Assembly (NCBI GenBank): GCA_029210945.1
Contig: JARGGH010000004.1
Coordinates: 50,454 to 114,453 of the forward strand
Reading direction: 5' to 3'
Length of the DNA: 64,000 nt
DNA from: Anaerolineales bacterium
GTDB lineage: Bacteria; Chloroflexota; Anaerolineae; Anaerolineales; E44-bin32
Every line of letters starts with the position of its first letter. The first letter of the stretch is position 1. The position numbers and the translations under genes are program-made. This document shows, piece after piece, positions 47,834 to 58,256 of this stretch. The notes under the pieces were generated by a model, which was given only the letters and a program-made list of their open reading frames with translations, ran no database searches and was not told the origin of the DNA.

Positions 47834-48339
47834 TTGGGAGCGAACACTCTCAATGTCGTTTCCCGGGTCGCATTCATGGGTGTTCGATTCGCAGCAACCG
47901 CGACACAACCCGCTTGCTTCAGACCAGCCTGGCTTTAGTGGTCAAGGTTTTTACAATGGACATCCTTGCTGCGGCCGCGTCGCGTGTGCCTGCAAACCGG
48001 GATCAGACTGGCGACGTTCATACGCTTCACCCGCAGGGAATGGGGTTGGGTCGGGGGTTTCCCGCAGACAAACTTGTTCCGCACATAGGAACCGCGGCTG
48101 GCAGAGGATCTATGGATGGTCGGGGACAGCATTTTTCCCGGCCAATCGACAGGGGCGGTGGCACTGGGCGGGCTGCGCGTCGCACACACGATCCTGGCTC
48201 GCGATCCGGTTCTCCACGGCACCAATAGCGGCGCGCCCGTTGAAAAAGAGCTGGCGGAGTCAATCCCGGCCGCCCGCCAGGATGCCGGCGATCGAGTTTT
48301 GGATTTCTAACAGCGCGCTCCTGGAAGGATGAGGTCTGA

Positions 48340-49755
48340 ATGACGACGATCTGGTGGATACGGCGCGACCTGAGGCTGCACGACAACCAGGCACTCAGTG
48401 CCGCCCTGCAGGCCGGCACGCCGGTCGCTCCAGTCTTCATCCTCGACTCGAACCTGCTCGCTTCTGATTACGTTGGCGAAAAGCGTCTCGCATTCCTCTT
48501 CGCGTCACTGCGCGAGCTTGACGCAGATCTCGCTAGGCTCGGAAGCGGCTTGATCGTCCGGCGCGGAGATCCCAAACAGGTGCTGGGTGAACTGTTCACG
48601 GAATTGGACGCCGCTGGGATATACGCCGAAGAGGATTATTCGCCTTACGCTCGTCAACGCGATGCGGCGATCGAGCGATCGCTGCCATTGCACCTGCAGC
48701 AGGGGTTGACCATGTTTCCACCGGGCACGGTTGAGAAGAAATCCGGCGGTCCGTATACCGTCTACACGCCCTTCCGCAAATCATGGGAGGCGCTAGCACC
48801 ACCGGCGCGCAGCAGCCTGCTCCCGGCGCCCTCCCGCCTTGGAAGCGCCGCCGATATCAAGGCCGAATCCATCCCTGATACCCCGCAATGGCCCGAAGAG
48901 AGCGACTTTCCAGCCGGCGAACGGGCCGCACGCAACCGGCTGATGGAGTTCACCCACGGCGACGATGCGCCGGTCTATGCCTATAAGGACCTGCGCAATC
49001 AGGTCGCCCGGGACGGCACATCCATGCTCTCCCCCTACCTGCGTTTCGGCATGCTCTCGCTGCGCGAGGCCATCATTCACGCTCTCGAAGCGCGCCAGGC
49101 CGCACCGAATACGAAGGCTCGCCAGGGAGCCCAAACATGGCTTCAGGAATTGATCTGGCGCGATTTTTTTATCAACATTCTCTTCCACTTCCCGGATGTC
49201 ATGAAGCACAGCTTCAGGGAGGATTATCGCCTTATTCGCTGGCGAAATGACAATGAGGATTTCCGCGCCTGGACTGAAGGTCAGACCGGCCACCCGATCG
49301 TCGACGCTGCCATGCGGCAGCTGCTGGAAACAGGCTGGATGCACAACCGCGCCCGCATGGTCGTGGCTTCATTTCTGGTCAAGGACTTGCTGATCGACTG
49401 GCGCTGGGGTGAACGCTGGTTCATGCAGCAATTGATCGATGGCGACCCTGCATCAAACAACGGCGGGTGGCAGTGGAGCGCCGGAACCGGCACCGACGCG
49501 GCCCCTTACTTCCGCATATTCAACCCGGCCCTGCAAGGAAAGAAGCACGACCCGCAGGGCATCTACATCCGTCGCTGGGTCCCTGAATTGAGGGGGTTGC
49601 CGGACACATATCTCCACGCGCCATGGGAAACACCACCGGCCGTCCAAAAAGAATCAAGCGTGAAAATCGGCGTAGATTATCCAGAACCGATCGTTGAACA
49701 CAGCCTTGCACGTGAGCGCACGCTCGATGCATATAGCCGAGCCAGAAAAGGATAA
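48340..49755 (+). CDS. phr: deoxyribodipyrimidine (CPD) photolyase
   Basis: N-terminal photolyase alpha/beta domain (IWWIRRDLRLHDNQAL) and FAD-binding domain (TGHPIVDAAMRQL...WMHNRARM). Confidence 0.9.
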   Translation: MTTIWWIRRDLRLHDNQALSAALQAGTPVAPVFILDSNLLASDYVGEKRLAFLFASLRELDADLARLGSGLIVRRGDPKQVLGELFTELDAAGIYAEEDYSPYARQRDAAIERSLPLHLQQGLTMFPPGTVEKKSGGPYTVYTPFRKSWEALAPPARSSLLPAPSRLGSAADIKAESIPDTPQWPEESDFPAGERAARNRLMEFTHGDDAPVYAYKDLRNQVARDGTSMLSPYLRFGMLSLREAIIHALEARQAAPNTKARQGAQTWLQELIWRDFFINILFHFPDVMKHSFREDYRLIRWRNDNEDFRAWTEGQTGHPIVDAAMRQLLETGWMHNRARMVVASFLVKDLLIDWRWGERWFMQQLIDGDPASNNGGWQWSAGTGTDAAPYFRIFNPALQGKKHDPQGIYIRRWVPELRGLPDTYLHAPWETPPAVQKESSVKIGVDYPEPIVEHSLARERTLDAYSRARKG

Positions 49756-51233
49756 TGATGATAAACAAACCTGAAGGGCCAGTTGTCGTAACAGGTGCCA
49801 CCGGATACATCGGTGGTCGTTTAGTGCCGCGTCTGATTGACGAGGGATACCCGGTGCGCGTCATCGCGCGTGACCCCTCGAGGCTCGCAGGGCGCGATTG
49901 GTACGAACAGGTTGAAATTTTTCAGGGCGACGCGTTGAAGCCGGAGACGCTGCAAGCTGCGCTGCAGGGCGCCTTCGCAGCCTAATACCTGATCCACAGC
50001 ATGATGGACGGAAGCGACTTCCATGAACGGGATCAAAAAGCCGCCTGTGGATTCTCCGGTGAAGCCCATCGAGCGGGCCTGCGGCGCATAATTTACCTGG
50101 GTGGACTCGGTGACCCGGATGCCGAGCTATCGGCTCACTTACGCTCACGCCAGGATACCGGGGCATATCTGCGCGAATCTGGCGTGCCGGTCACCGAGTG
50201 TCGCGCCGGCATCGTCGTGGGCGCCGGCAGCATCTCTTTCGAGATGATCCGCTACCTGACCGAACGCGTCCCGATCATGATCGCCCCTCGCTGGGTCTAC
50301 ACACGCACTCAGCCGATCAGCATCCGCAACGTGCTCGATTACCTGGTCGCCGGCCTGCAGCTGAACGCGTCTGAATCTCAGATTTTCGAAATCGGGGGGC
50401 CGGAGGTCATGAGCTACGGCGATATGCTGTTGGGCTACGCGCAGGTGCGCGGGCTACGCCGCTGGATCGTGCCCGTACCGGTCCTGACTCCGAGGCTCTC
50501 CTCCTACTGGGTGCACTGGGTGACGCCTATACCGGCCACAATTGCCCGCCCACTGATCGAAGGTCTGCGCAGCGAGGTGATCGTTCGCACCGATAACGCA
50601 CACCAGCGGTTCGGTCAGATCGAGTTGATCCCCTACCCCACAGCGGTCTCAGATGCGCTTTCGAACCTCGAAGCCCGCCAGGTTGAAACTGCCTGGAGTG
50701 ATGCGTTAGTGACCACTCAAGGGGACGAGGCTCCTGTCCAGCTCACGACTCAGGAAGGGATGATCATCGAACAGCGCCGGATGGAGATCGAGCCATCCCC
50801 GGAAAAAACCTTCCATGCGTTTACGACACTCGGCGGAGAGACCGGCTGGCTGTATGCCAATTGGGCCTGGTGGCTGCGCGGTTGGATCGACCGGCTCGTG
50901 GGAGGGGTGGGATTCCGGCGCGGGCGGCGCGATCCGGTCGCGCTGCGCGTGGGCGACGCGGTTGATTTCTGGCGTGTCGAACGCCTCATCGAGTACGAGC
51001 AGATCCTGCTGCGGGCAGAGATGAAGCTGCCGGGGAAAGCCTGGCTTCAATTCGAAGCCCAGCCAAAGGACGATGGAGGTGCACTTCTCACTCAAACAGC
51101 CTACTTCGCGCCGAAGGGGCTGTTCGGCTTACTGTACTGGTACGGGCTCTATCCGATCCATGCCTGGATCTTCTCAGGGTTGATCCGCGAGGTCGCGAAG
51201 ATGGCTGCGGATATCGAAGCCCCCCCACCCTGA
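49755..51233 (+). pseudogene. YbjT-like NAD(P)H-binding + DUF2867 protein interrupted by an in-frame TAA at 49983-49985
   Basis: The two track ORFs (49755..49985 and 50001..51233) are in the same frame. Translation across the stop gives ...LQGAFAA*YLIHSMMDG, where the stop replaces the Tyr of the family's AYYLxHSM block. Confidence 0.55.
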
Positions 51234-51371
51234 ACCAGGAGCCGTCAGGGCCAAGATGAAAATCTCCTGGCTGGGAGACTTTTTCAGTCTCCCACCACCT
51301 CACGGTCGGCTTCGTGTCGGAGGCGGATCGTCTGCAAGATTATTCTCGCCCTCCTGGTCCACAACACACAA

Positions 51372-52061
51372 TCAACTGCCCAGGGAATCGACGCCAGCCA
51401 GCTCGCGCAAGGCCCTCTCGTCGGTGATATTCAAGTCAGCTCGCGTCACCTCCAAAATGCCCTCTTCTGAGAACCGGTGAAGCAGCTTGCAAACCATGAC
51501 GCCGGTTGTTCCAATCATGGTGGCGATCTCATTCAATGTCATATCCCGACGCATGAGCGGTCTATCGACACCCTGACTTCCTTCGAGGATAAGCCGTGCC
51601 AGGCGGGACGCGACAGGTTGAAAGGCCATCTCCTCGATGTACCCGCTCGCTTGCCTCATGCGCCGCACAAACCACGCACACATCGCCCACATCGCCTCCG
51701 GGTTATTCTTTATCCCTCGGAGAACATCGTCACGATGCCACAGGTATACACTGGTCGGCGTGCTGAGAGATAGAGATGCTGGCAGTCCCCAATCGTCGAT
51801 GATGGTTGGGCTGATGAAAAGTTCACCAACCGATATTTTCGCAGCGCCGAGCATGCGGCCTTCGGTTGATGTTTTAACCAAATTGATCTGTCCTTCCTCC
51901 ACAAGGCAGAGGTATGGCCATCGTTCCCCAGCGAGGGCGATGAAGTCGCCGCGTCCATATTCTCTCTGGGACGCACGCTGCAACAAGTGCTCGCGCTCGA
52001 GCCCATGGATTTGTTGAAACAGTTCAATGGGAGTAGTGACGAGGTTTTCAAGGTTCATCAT
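51372..52061 (-). CDS. Crp/Fnr-family transcriptional regulator
   Basis: cNMP-binding beta-roll plus a C-terminal HTH (LTLNEIATMIGTTGVMVCKLLHRFSEEGIL). Confidence 0.8.
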   Translation of the reverse strand: MMNLENLVTTPIELFQQIHGLEREHLLQRASQREYGRGDFIALAGERWPYLCLVEEGQINLVKTSTEGRMLGAAKISVGELFISPTIIDDWGLPASLSLSTPTSVYLWHRDDVLRGIKNNPEAMWAMCAWFVRRMRQASGYIEEMAFQPVASRLARLILEGSQGVDRPLMRRDMTLNEIATMIGTTGVMVCKLLHRFSEEGILEVTRADLNITDERALRELAGVDSLGS

Positions 52062-52287
52062 GTCTCCTTCCCATCGGAGATCTCAAGTTCAATTTGACAT
52101 CTTTGGGTAGCAAACAATCGGGCGTCGATCAAAGCCCCTTACGACAAAATCGGTCAACTCTACCAGGCACGTTACCGTGCATCCGTGGAATCGATTTTAC
52201 CAAAAGGAAATGACACCCATCGTTCTGCGTGCTACATAATCTTCAGACACATAGCTCATCGAACGATATCCAAGAGGAGAGTGAAGC

Positions 52288-53145
52288 ATGCAGTCATCTG
52301 ATTTTTCCCAACGAAGCCGAGTTATCATGATGGGCATCGCATTGGTGATGGGTGCCTTTCTCGTGATCGTAGCCCCAATTTTGATTCAAGCAACGCTTAG
52401 CGGGCTGATGGAGGAAATCGCCACGCTTCTCCCTGAACAGCCCGGCATGCGGATGCCCACGATCCTTCTCCCCATTTGGTTCTTCATTTTTCGCGGCCTG
52501 GCCGTGCTGGCGGGGGTCACGTTGTTGGTCACAGCAGGTGAAATACGCAAGGGTAGATCATGGTCGTGGCCACTCTGCCTGACGTGCCTTTCAATCCCAG
52601 CACTTACAGGAGTGTTCATTAGCTTGCCATACTTAGTCCAATTCGGCAAACCTGCGCCAGCGGCACTCGTCCTGGTTCTGTCGCTTATCGCCTATTTCTG
52701 GGTACTACTCTTGAAAATTGAGGATCGCGTGACAAAGGTAGCTCGCGTGGTCACCTTCGCTTTGCTCGGAATAGTTCCAGCTCACGTCATCGTATTGGTC
52801 AACCATGGCATCAAGGAGTTGATTGTCCGCCCGGAACACCCACTGTTCTCTGATCCGATGACGACAATCTACGGATTTGAAACGCCGTTAAATTTCTTCG
52901 TTTTTCTCTTCTGTGTTGCGGCGATCCCACTATTGGCAGCAGGGAAGGAAGCAGATTGGTGGTTGGGATTGATCGCCGGTGTTACGGCGGTGATCGCCAA
53001 CTACCCCACACACTTCATTCGGATGCAGACCTCCGACTTCTTTGTTGGCGGGACGCTCGGACTGCTATTGGTAATATCACTTGTCTATCCGGGGTTCCGG
53101 CGAAGGATCGGCGTATTTTCGGAGCAGGATCGCACGGCTGCGTAG
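52288..53145 (+). CDS. polytopic membrane protein (about 8 TM), unknown function
   Basis: Hydrophobicity pattern; RBS gaggagag. Confidence 0.5.
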   Translation: MQSSDFSQRSRVIMMGIALVMGAFLVIVAPILIQATLSGLMEEIATLLPEQPGMRMPTILLPIWFFIFRGLAVLAGVTLLVTAGEIRKGRSWSWPLCLTCLSIPALTGVFISLPYLVQFGKPAPAALVLVLSLIAYFWVLLLKIEDRVTKVARVVTFALLGIVPAHVIVLVNHGIKELIVRPEHPLFSDPMTTIYGFETPLNFFVFLFCVAAIPLLAAGKEADWWLGLIAGVTAVIANYPTHFIRMQTSDFFVGGTLGLLLVISLVYPGFRRRIGVFSEQDRTAA

Positions 53146-53224
53146 TCAGGCGACTCGCGTGGGAGCTACTCAGTGGTCTAAAAGCTGAGACGTCGCATTC
53201 ATCATTAGCCCGATCGACAAATCA

Positions 53225-53259
53225 CCCGCTGCCGTGGTGCCGGCAGCGGGACTTTTCTG
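53225..53259 (+). terminator. rho-independent terminator after the membrane protein gene
   Basis: cccgctgccg-tggtgc-cggcagcggg followed by ACTTTTCTG. Confidence 0.5.
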
Positions 53260-53651
53260 TGACTAGACACAGCCCTCCCGACGGAAGAGTCTGAGAAATG
53301 GATCACCATCCCACGCACTTCTGAGCCCGGATCGAATTACCCGGCGGACCCTTCAAAGAAACCATCGGCTTGCCCCTGAGTGTCCGCGCAGGTGTCAGTA
53401 CGCTGCGTGTAGGTGGCCGAACCTCGGAAAAGCAGCCCGACGGGAGAATTATGGGACGTCGTCGAAAGCCGGAGGCGTTATCGTTCAGCAACGCCGCCCG
53501 CAATCCGGTATGGTGCGGGTCTTGCAGCACTTCCCGATCAGCAGCGATGCGTACTATTTGGGGATTGAACTCGAGCGTCATGCTCCGGTATTGTCGGGGT
53601 CAAGACGGATTGGATGGGAAGCGTGTGTTCGGCAAGGAGAAAGGCAAACTT

Positions 53652-54022
53652 TGAGGCATCTGATCCTGGTTGTGGATGACGAATACGCTTTCTGCGAGGT
53701 CGTCTGCGAAATCCTGGAGGCGGCAGGTTACCGCGCCCGAAAAGCTTCGCACGTGCGTGAAGCTTACCGGTGCCTGGAAGAGGAAACCCCCGATCTCATT
53801 CTCACAGATGTGATGATGCCGGAGATTGATGGGCTGTCATTCGTCCGCGCACTCCGGGAGCAATCAAAGTACGCGACGATACCGGTCGTCGTCGTGAGCG
53901 CTAAGACGAGCCCAAGCGATCAGCAGGATGCATTCAAAGCCGGTGCCACGCAGATCCTTGCAAAACCATTCTCATCCACCAACCTTGAGACGCTCGTCAG
54001 CTCCCTACTTGACGGCGGTTAA
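53652..54022 (+). CDS. single-domain response regulator (CheY-like receiver)
   Basis: Canonical DD pair, phospho-Asp (LILTDVMMP), Thr/Ser (VVVVSAKT) and Lys (ILAKPF). Start set to TTG 53652, 7 nt after RBS aaggagaaagg; the track ORF begins at 53510. Confidence 0.7.
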
Positions 54023-54143
54023 CCTGGTCCGCGGATGCCTCCGGGGCCGATCGCGCTCAGACTCACGAGAGAATTCTTGACGCATAGATTTGGCTGGGAT
54101 AGAATGCCCCGGTATCAACCTTCGCTAAAAGGAGAGTAAACGG

Positions 54144-54341
54144 ATGACAGCTCGTCGCGTCATCAATTGGGTTGTCTCGCTGTCCGCTGGTCTCATCAGC
54201 ACGGTTGTCATCATCCAGCTGTTCAACACAACCCTGGATAAATTCACTCTGGGAAACGCGATCATGGTATTTCTCTCAATCGCCGCGATCGTCTTTATCT
54301 GGCTGGATTTCATCCTCAGGACGGACTACCTCCGGAACTAA
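54144..54341 (+). CDS. small membrane protein (65 aa, two predicted TM helices)
   Basis: Strong RBS aaaggagag 7 nt upstream of the ATG. Hydrophobic segments VVSLSAGLISTVVIIQLF and IMVFLSIAAIVFIWLDFIL. Confidence 0.4.
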   Translation: MTARRVINWVVSLSAGLISTVVIIQLFNTTLDKFTLGNAIMVFLSIAAIVFIWLDFILRTDYLRN

Positions 54342-54444
54342 AGCCCTACCCTTCAGACAGACATCCAACCTCTGTGGGTGGGTCCGCAATCGCAATTAAA
54401 AAAACGCCCCGTGCCTGGGGGCGTCTGCGAGCCAACCGTTAAGT

Positions 54445-54813
54445 TTAACGCGCCGCCAGTTCCTCAATTTTTCGAATCAACTCTTGCGAATCCAATTCCT
54501 TCAGCAGGTACGTCACCGCTCCTGCACGCGCTGCCGCCTGCTCCTCCCAGCTTTTCTGGTAACTGGTCAGCACGACCAGATGGGGTGCTTCAGGCATGGA
54601 GGCAATCTGACGGGTGAGTTCCAGCCCCATCCCATCTTTACGTTTGACCTCGATTAATACGATATCCGGCCTCAGATCAGAGATCGCTTCAACTGCCTCC
54701 TCATAAACCGAGGCGTGCCCAACAACTGAAAGGCTCGCCGATTGATCGAGTCGCTCAGCCAGAGCCTTTCTGACGGGTTCATATTCGTCAACGATGAAAA
54801 GTCGGGTACTCAT
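54445..54813 (-). CDS. atypical single-domain receiver protein with Glu at the phospho-acceptor position
   Basis: Aligning ...DIVLIEVKRKDGMGLEL with the CheY D57 region (FVISDWNMPNMDGLEL) puts E where D is expected. The acidic pocket (VDEYEP), the Thr (VVLTSY) and the Lys (YLLKE) are retained. Confidence 0.65.
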   Translation of the reverse strand: MSTRLFIVDEYEPVRKALAERLDQSASLSVVGHASVYEEAVEAISDLRPDIVLIEVKRKDGMGLELTRQIASMPEAPHLVVLTSYQKSWEEQAAARAGAVTYLLKELDSQELIRKIEELAAR

Positions 54814-54961
54814 CCGCCTCGGGTTCCACTTCTGCTACAACCAGTATAGATGTCGGAACCGCAGCGGCGAAGTGACCTACTTCCTTACACGATTCGCAAC
54901 CTGTCATGCGCAGGAATACGCATCAGCCGGACAGTTTTTGTAATCGATGTGCTGGGTGGGA

Positions 54962-56674
54962 TTATTCTCCGGCGGGGAAACGGACCGTGATGGTCGTGCC
55001 CTGTCCGGGACTGGAATCGACGTCGAATTCGCCACCGACCTTCTTTGCCCGTTGAGCCATATTCGAAAGTCCATGGCCCAACAATTCGGTCTCCGCTTCA
55101 ACTTCAAACCCGAGGCCGTTATCAATAATCTGAAGGGTGACCATTTTCGGAGTGACCTCACGCAGGCTTACCAGCACACGTGTGGCCTCCGCGTGTTTGG
55201 CGGCGTTCGCCAGCGCTTCACGAGCGATGTGGAAAAGCTCTGTCGTGGCTTTATCCGCAATGCGTTGGACGATGTGATCTTCAATGATCAGGTCTGTGTC
55301 CACGAGCGTATTGGCTTTAAATTCGCGCACCAACACTTCCAGAGCTTTTTCGATATCATCGGTGGCGATCGTCGACGGCTGGAGGTCGAGGATATAGGTA
55401 CGTAAATCACGGATCGCCTTGTTCAGTCCCTCAATCGCCCGGTCGATCTTCTCGACTGCTTCGGGCACTTGATCCTGAACCAGCAAACGTGTGTAGTCCA
55501 TCGTGAGACCGACGGCGTAGATCGATTGGATGATACCGTCGTGCAGATCCATGCCGATACGCTCGCGTTCCTCAAGCACAGCCAGGCGGCGAGCTTGCCG
55601 GTACAAGCGTGCATTTTCGACCGCAATGCCGACTCCTGCACCGATCGCCCTCAACAAGCCGACTTCGCGCTCGCCGATCGCACGCCTGCGTTTCAGCGCG
55701 AAGCTGAGCACACCCGGGACCTTTCCCGGGGCGTTGAGCGGCACGGCGACGATCGTCTGGAAGCCTCTTTCTAAAACTGACCGGCGCAGGAAGTTGATCT
55801 TGCTGTCTGAATTGTCTGTCCACTGCGCTTCGCCACGCTGGGCGACCCACCCGATCAAGCCCTCACCCAATCTGAAGGAGTCTACTTCCCAGAATGCTTC
55901 CGGGGCTTCCCCCAGATGGATCGCTTTGCGGTAGATACCTTCTGATTCATCCAGTAGAAAGATCTCGCCTGCTTCGGCCTCAAAGAGTGACATCACTCGC
56001 TCGAGCATGTCTTCTAACAACCGGTCGAGATCACGCGGCAGGCCGACTGCGGTGGCGAGCGAGTACATCAAACCGAGTTCCTCGTTGCGCTTGCTGAGCT
56101 TTGTCTCGCTGTCAGATATTTTTTGATACAGTTTGGCGTTCTCGATCGCGGAAGCTGCGTGCGAGGCGAGCATTTCTATGAAGCGTTGGTCCTCAAGCGA
56201 AAATGCGGGGGCGTCAATTTTGTCTGTGAGATAAATATGGCCCAGCCGATGACCATATGCGGCGATCGGAACACCCAGAAATGAATGCATCTCCGGATGA
56301 CCCGCTGGGAAACCGACCGAACGTGAATCTTCAAGGATATCGGGAATGCGGATCGATTTTCCGGTGCGCAACATTTCTCCGATCAACCCCTCACCCACCG
56401 GACGGTGTTCGATTTGCTTGACGTCTTCTTCCGAGAGCCCTAAGGTCAGAAATGTCTCCAACCCCCCGGAATCAGACGGGATCCCGAGCGCGCCGTACTT
56501 CGCATTGGTCAATTCCTTCGCGGCTTGCAGAATACGTTGAAGCACACCTTCCAGGGAAAGGTCAGAAACTATGCTTAGCGTCGCGCGGTGCAGAGCGACG
56601 ATATCAGAATGCAGGTCCGCGTATTTTTCCAAAGATTCTTCCGTTTGCTGGAGTTCAATCGCCTGAGTGCTCAT
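54962..56674 (-). CDS. sensor histidine kinase with three GAF domains, HisKA_3 dimerisation/phosphoacceptor and HATPase_c (NarL/LuxR-partner type)
   Basis: H-box ERERIGMDLHDGIIQSIY; N/G boxes in the C-terminus (IIDNGLGF...GHGLSNMAQRA). Confidence 0.85.
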   Translation of the reverse strand: MSTQAIELQQTEESLEKYADLHSDIVALHRATLSIVSDLSLEGVLQRILQAAKELTNAKYGALGIPSDSGGLETFLTLGLSEEDVKQIEHRPVGEGLIGEMLRTGKSIRIPDILEDSRSVGFPAGHPEMHSFLGVPIAAYGHRLGHIYLTDKIDAPAFSLEDQRFIEMLASHAASAIENAKLYQKISDSETKLSKRNEELGLMYSLATAVGLPRDLDRLLEDMLERVMSLFEAEAGEIFLLDESEGIYRKAIHLGEAPEAFWEVDSFRLGEGLIGWVAQRGEAQWTDNSDSKINFLRRSVLERGFQTIVAVPLNAPGKVPGVLSFALKRRRAIGEREVGLLRAIGAGVGIAVENARLYRQARRLAVLEERERIGMDLHDGIIQSIYAVGLTMDYTRLLVQDQVPEAVEKIDRAIEGLNKAIRDLRTYILDLQPSTIATDDIEKALEVLVREFKANTLVDTDLIIEDHIVQRIADKATTELFHIAREALANAAKHAEATRVLVSLREVTPKMVTLQIIDNGLGFEVEAETELLGHGLSNMAQRAKKVGGEFDVDSSPGQGTTITVRFPAGE

Positions 56675-56903
56675 ATGCTCTTTTCCCCTGTGGGATTTTA
56701 CCGCAGGCCACGCCCAGCCGCCAATCCACCCTCAATCGGTCCCCAATCCTGGCGCGCATGGCTTTACATAAACTTATAGTGCCCGGTCCCCGCTCTTTCC
56801 CCGCCTGCCGGACATCAAAATCATAAAACTGATAGTTTTTGCCAGCCAGAAGCGCTTATGAATCTACCCGGCACACGAAAATCAGCGTTAACAGGATATC
56901 CCT

Positions 56904-58199
56904 TTGAGCCGATCATCACGACTTCCAGGTTTCTACCGGCTTTCCCGGACAGAGCGAATTGAGAAACTGATTGAGGCCTCCGCGTTAGACCCGGATCAGG
57001 CCTCCCTCTTCGATCTTCCGGGTGGGTTGAGCTACGAACAAGCCGAACACATGATTGAAAATGTAGTCGGGACATTCGCTTTGCCGCTCGGAATCGCCAC
57101 CAATTTCGTGATCAACGGCCGTGAAGTGTTGATACCCATGGCGGTGGAGGAACCCTCCATCGTCGCGGGCGCGTCATATATGGCCAAGCTCGCCCGCCAG
57201 GGAGGCGGTTTCGAGGCATCGACAACCGAGCCAGAGATGATCGGTCAGATCCAGGTTCTCGATCTATCCGACCCGCATGCAGCGGTCGAGAGTCTTACCA
57301 CCCGCCGCTCCGAACTGCTCGAAATTGCAAACACGGCGGATCCATTGCTGGTTGAGCTCGGCGGTGGCGCCCGGGAGCTCGAGTTCCGTATTTTCGAAGA
57401 TACCCCGGCAGGACCGATGCTGGTCGTGCATTTGATCTTCGACACGCGCGATGCGATGGGTGCAAACGCCATCAACACCGCCCTTGAGCGCATGGGTCCG
57501 GACATTGAGCGATTAACCGCCGGGCGCGTGCATCTCCGGATCCTATCGAATCTGGCTGACCGCCGGCTCGCCAGGGCGACCTGCCGTATTCCGGCGGATG
57601 CATTTGCCGCTGAAGACACGGATGGGGAAACCATCATCCGGGGCGTTGCTGAAGCATGGGCATTTGCCGCCGTCGACCCCTACCGTGCCGCGACTCATAA
57701 CAAAGGGATCATGAACGGGATCGATGCAGTCGCGGTCGCGACCGGAAACGATTGGCGCGCCATCGAAGCCGGTGCGCATGCGTATGCCGCGCGCGGGGAT
57801 CGCTACACCGCTCTAAGCCGGTGGCAGGTGAATGATGACAGCCAGCTCGAAGGCTCACTGGAACTGCCGCTGGCGGTCGGCACCGTCGGGGGCGCAACCA
57901 GAGTGCACCCGTTAGCCCAGGCAAACCTGCGCCTGATGGATATTTCGAGCGCCCGCGAACTGGCGGAGATCATCGCCGCGGTCGGGCTGGCCCAGAATCT
58001 CGCTGCGTTGCGCGCCCTCGCGACCGAAGGCATTCAGCGCGGTCACATGGCGCTGCATGCCCGCCAGGTCGCGATCACTGCCGGCGCCCAAGCCGGGGAC
58101 ATCGACCGCATCGCACAATTAATGGTCGCAGCAGATAGAATTAACGTAGCCTTCGCCCGGCAGTTGCTGGGCGGACACGAACCTACTGAAGACCGCTAA
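56904..58199 (+). CDS. hmgA: class II hydroxymethylglutaryl-CoA reductase
   Basis: TTG start; FYRLSRTERIEKL N-terminus. Conserved EEPSIVAGAS, DAMGANAIN and GTVGG blocks. Confidence 0.85.
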   Translation: MSRSSRLPGFYRLSRTERIEKLIEASALDPDQASLFDLPGGLSYEQAEHMIENVVGTFALPLGIATNFVINGREVLIPMAVEEPSIVAGASYMAKLARQGGGFEASTTEPEMIGQIQVLDLSDPHAAVESLTTRRSELLEIANTADPLLVELGGGARELEFRIFEDTPAGPMLVVHLIFDTRDAMGANAINTALERMGPDIERLTAGRVHLRILSNLADRRLARATCRIPADAFAAEDTDGETIIRGVAEAWAFAAVDPYRAATHNKGIMNGIDAVAVATGNDWRAIEAGAHAYAARGDRYTALSRWQVNDDSQLEGSLELPLAVGTVGGATRVHPLAQANLRLMDISSARELAEIIAAVGLAQNLAALRALATEGIQRGHMALHARQVAITAGAQAGDIDRIAQLMVAADRINVAFARQLLGGHEPTEDR

Positions 58200-58256
58200 C
58201 GGTACTCTCCTCCATGAACGGAGCCCGTCAGGCGGTCACGCTGTCGGAAAGGCAGA

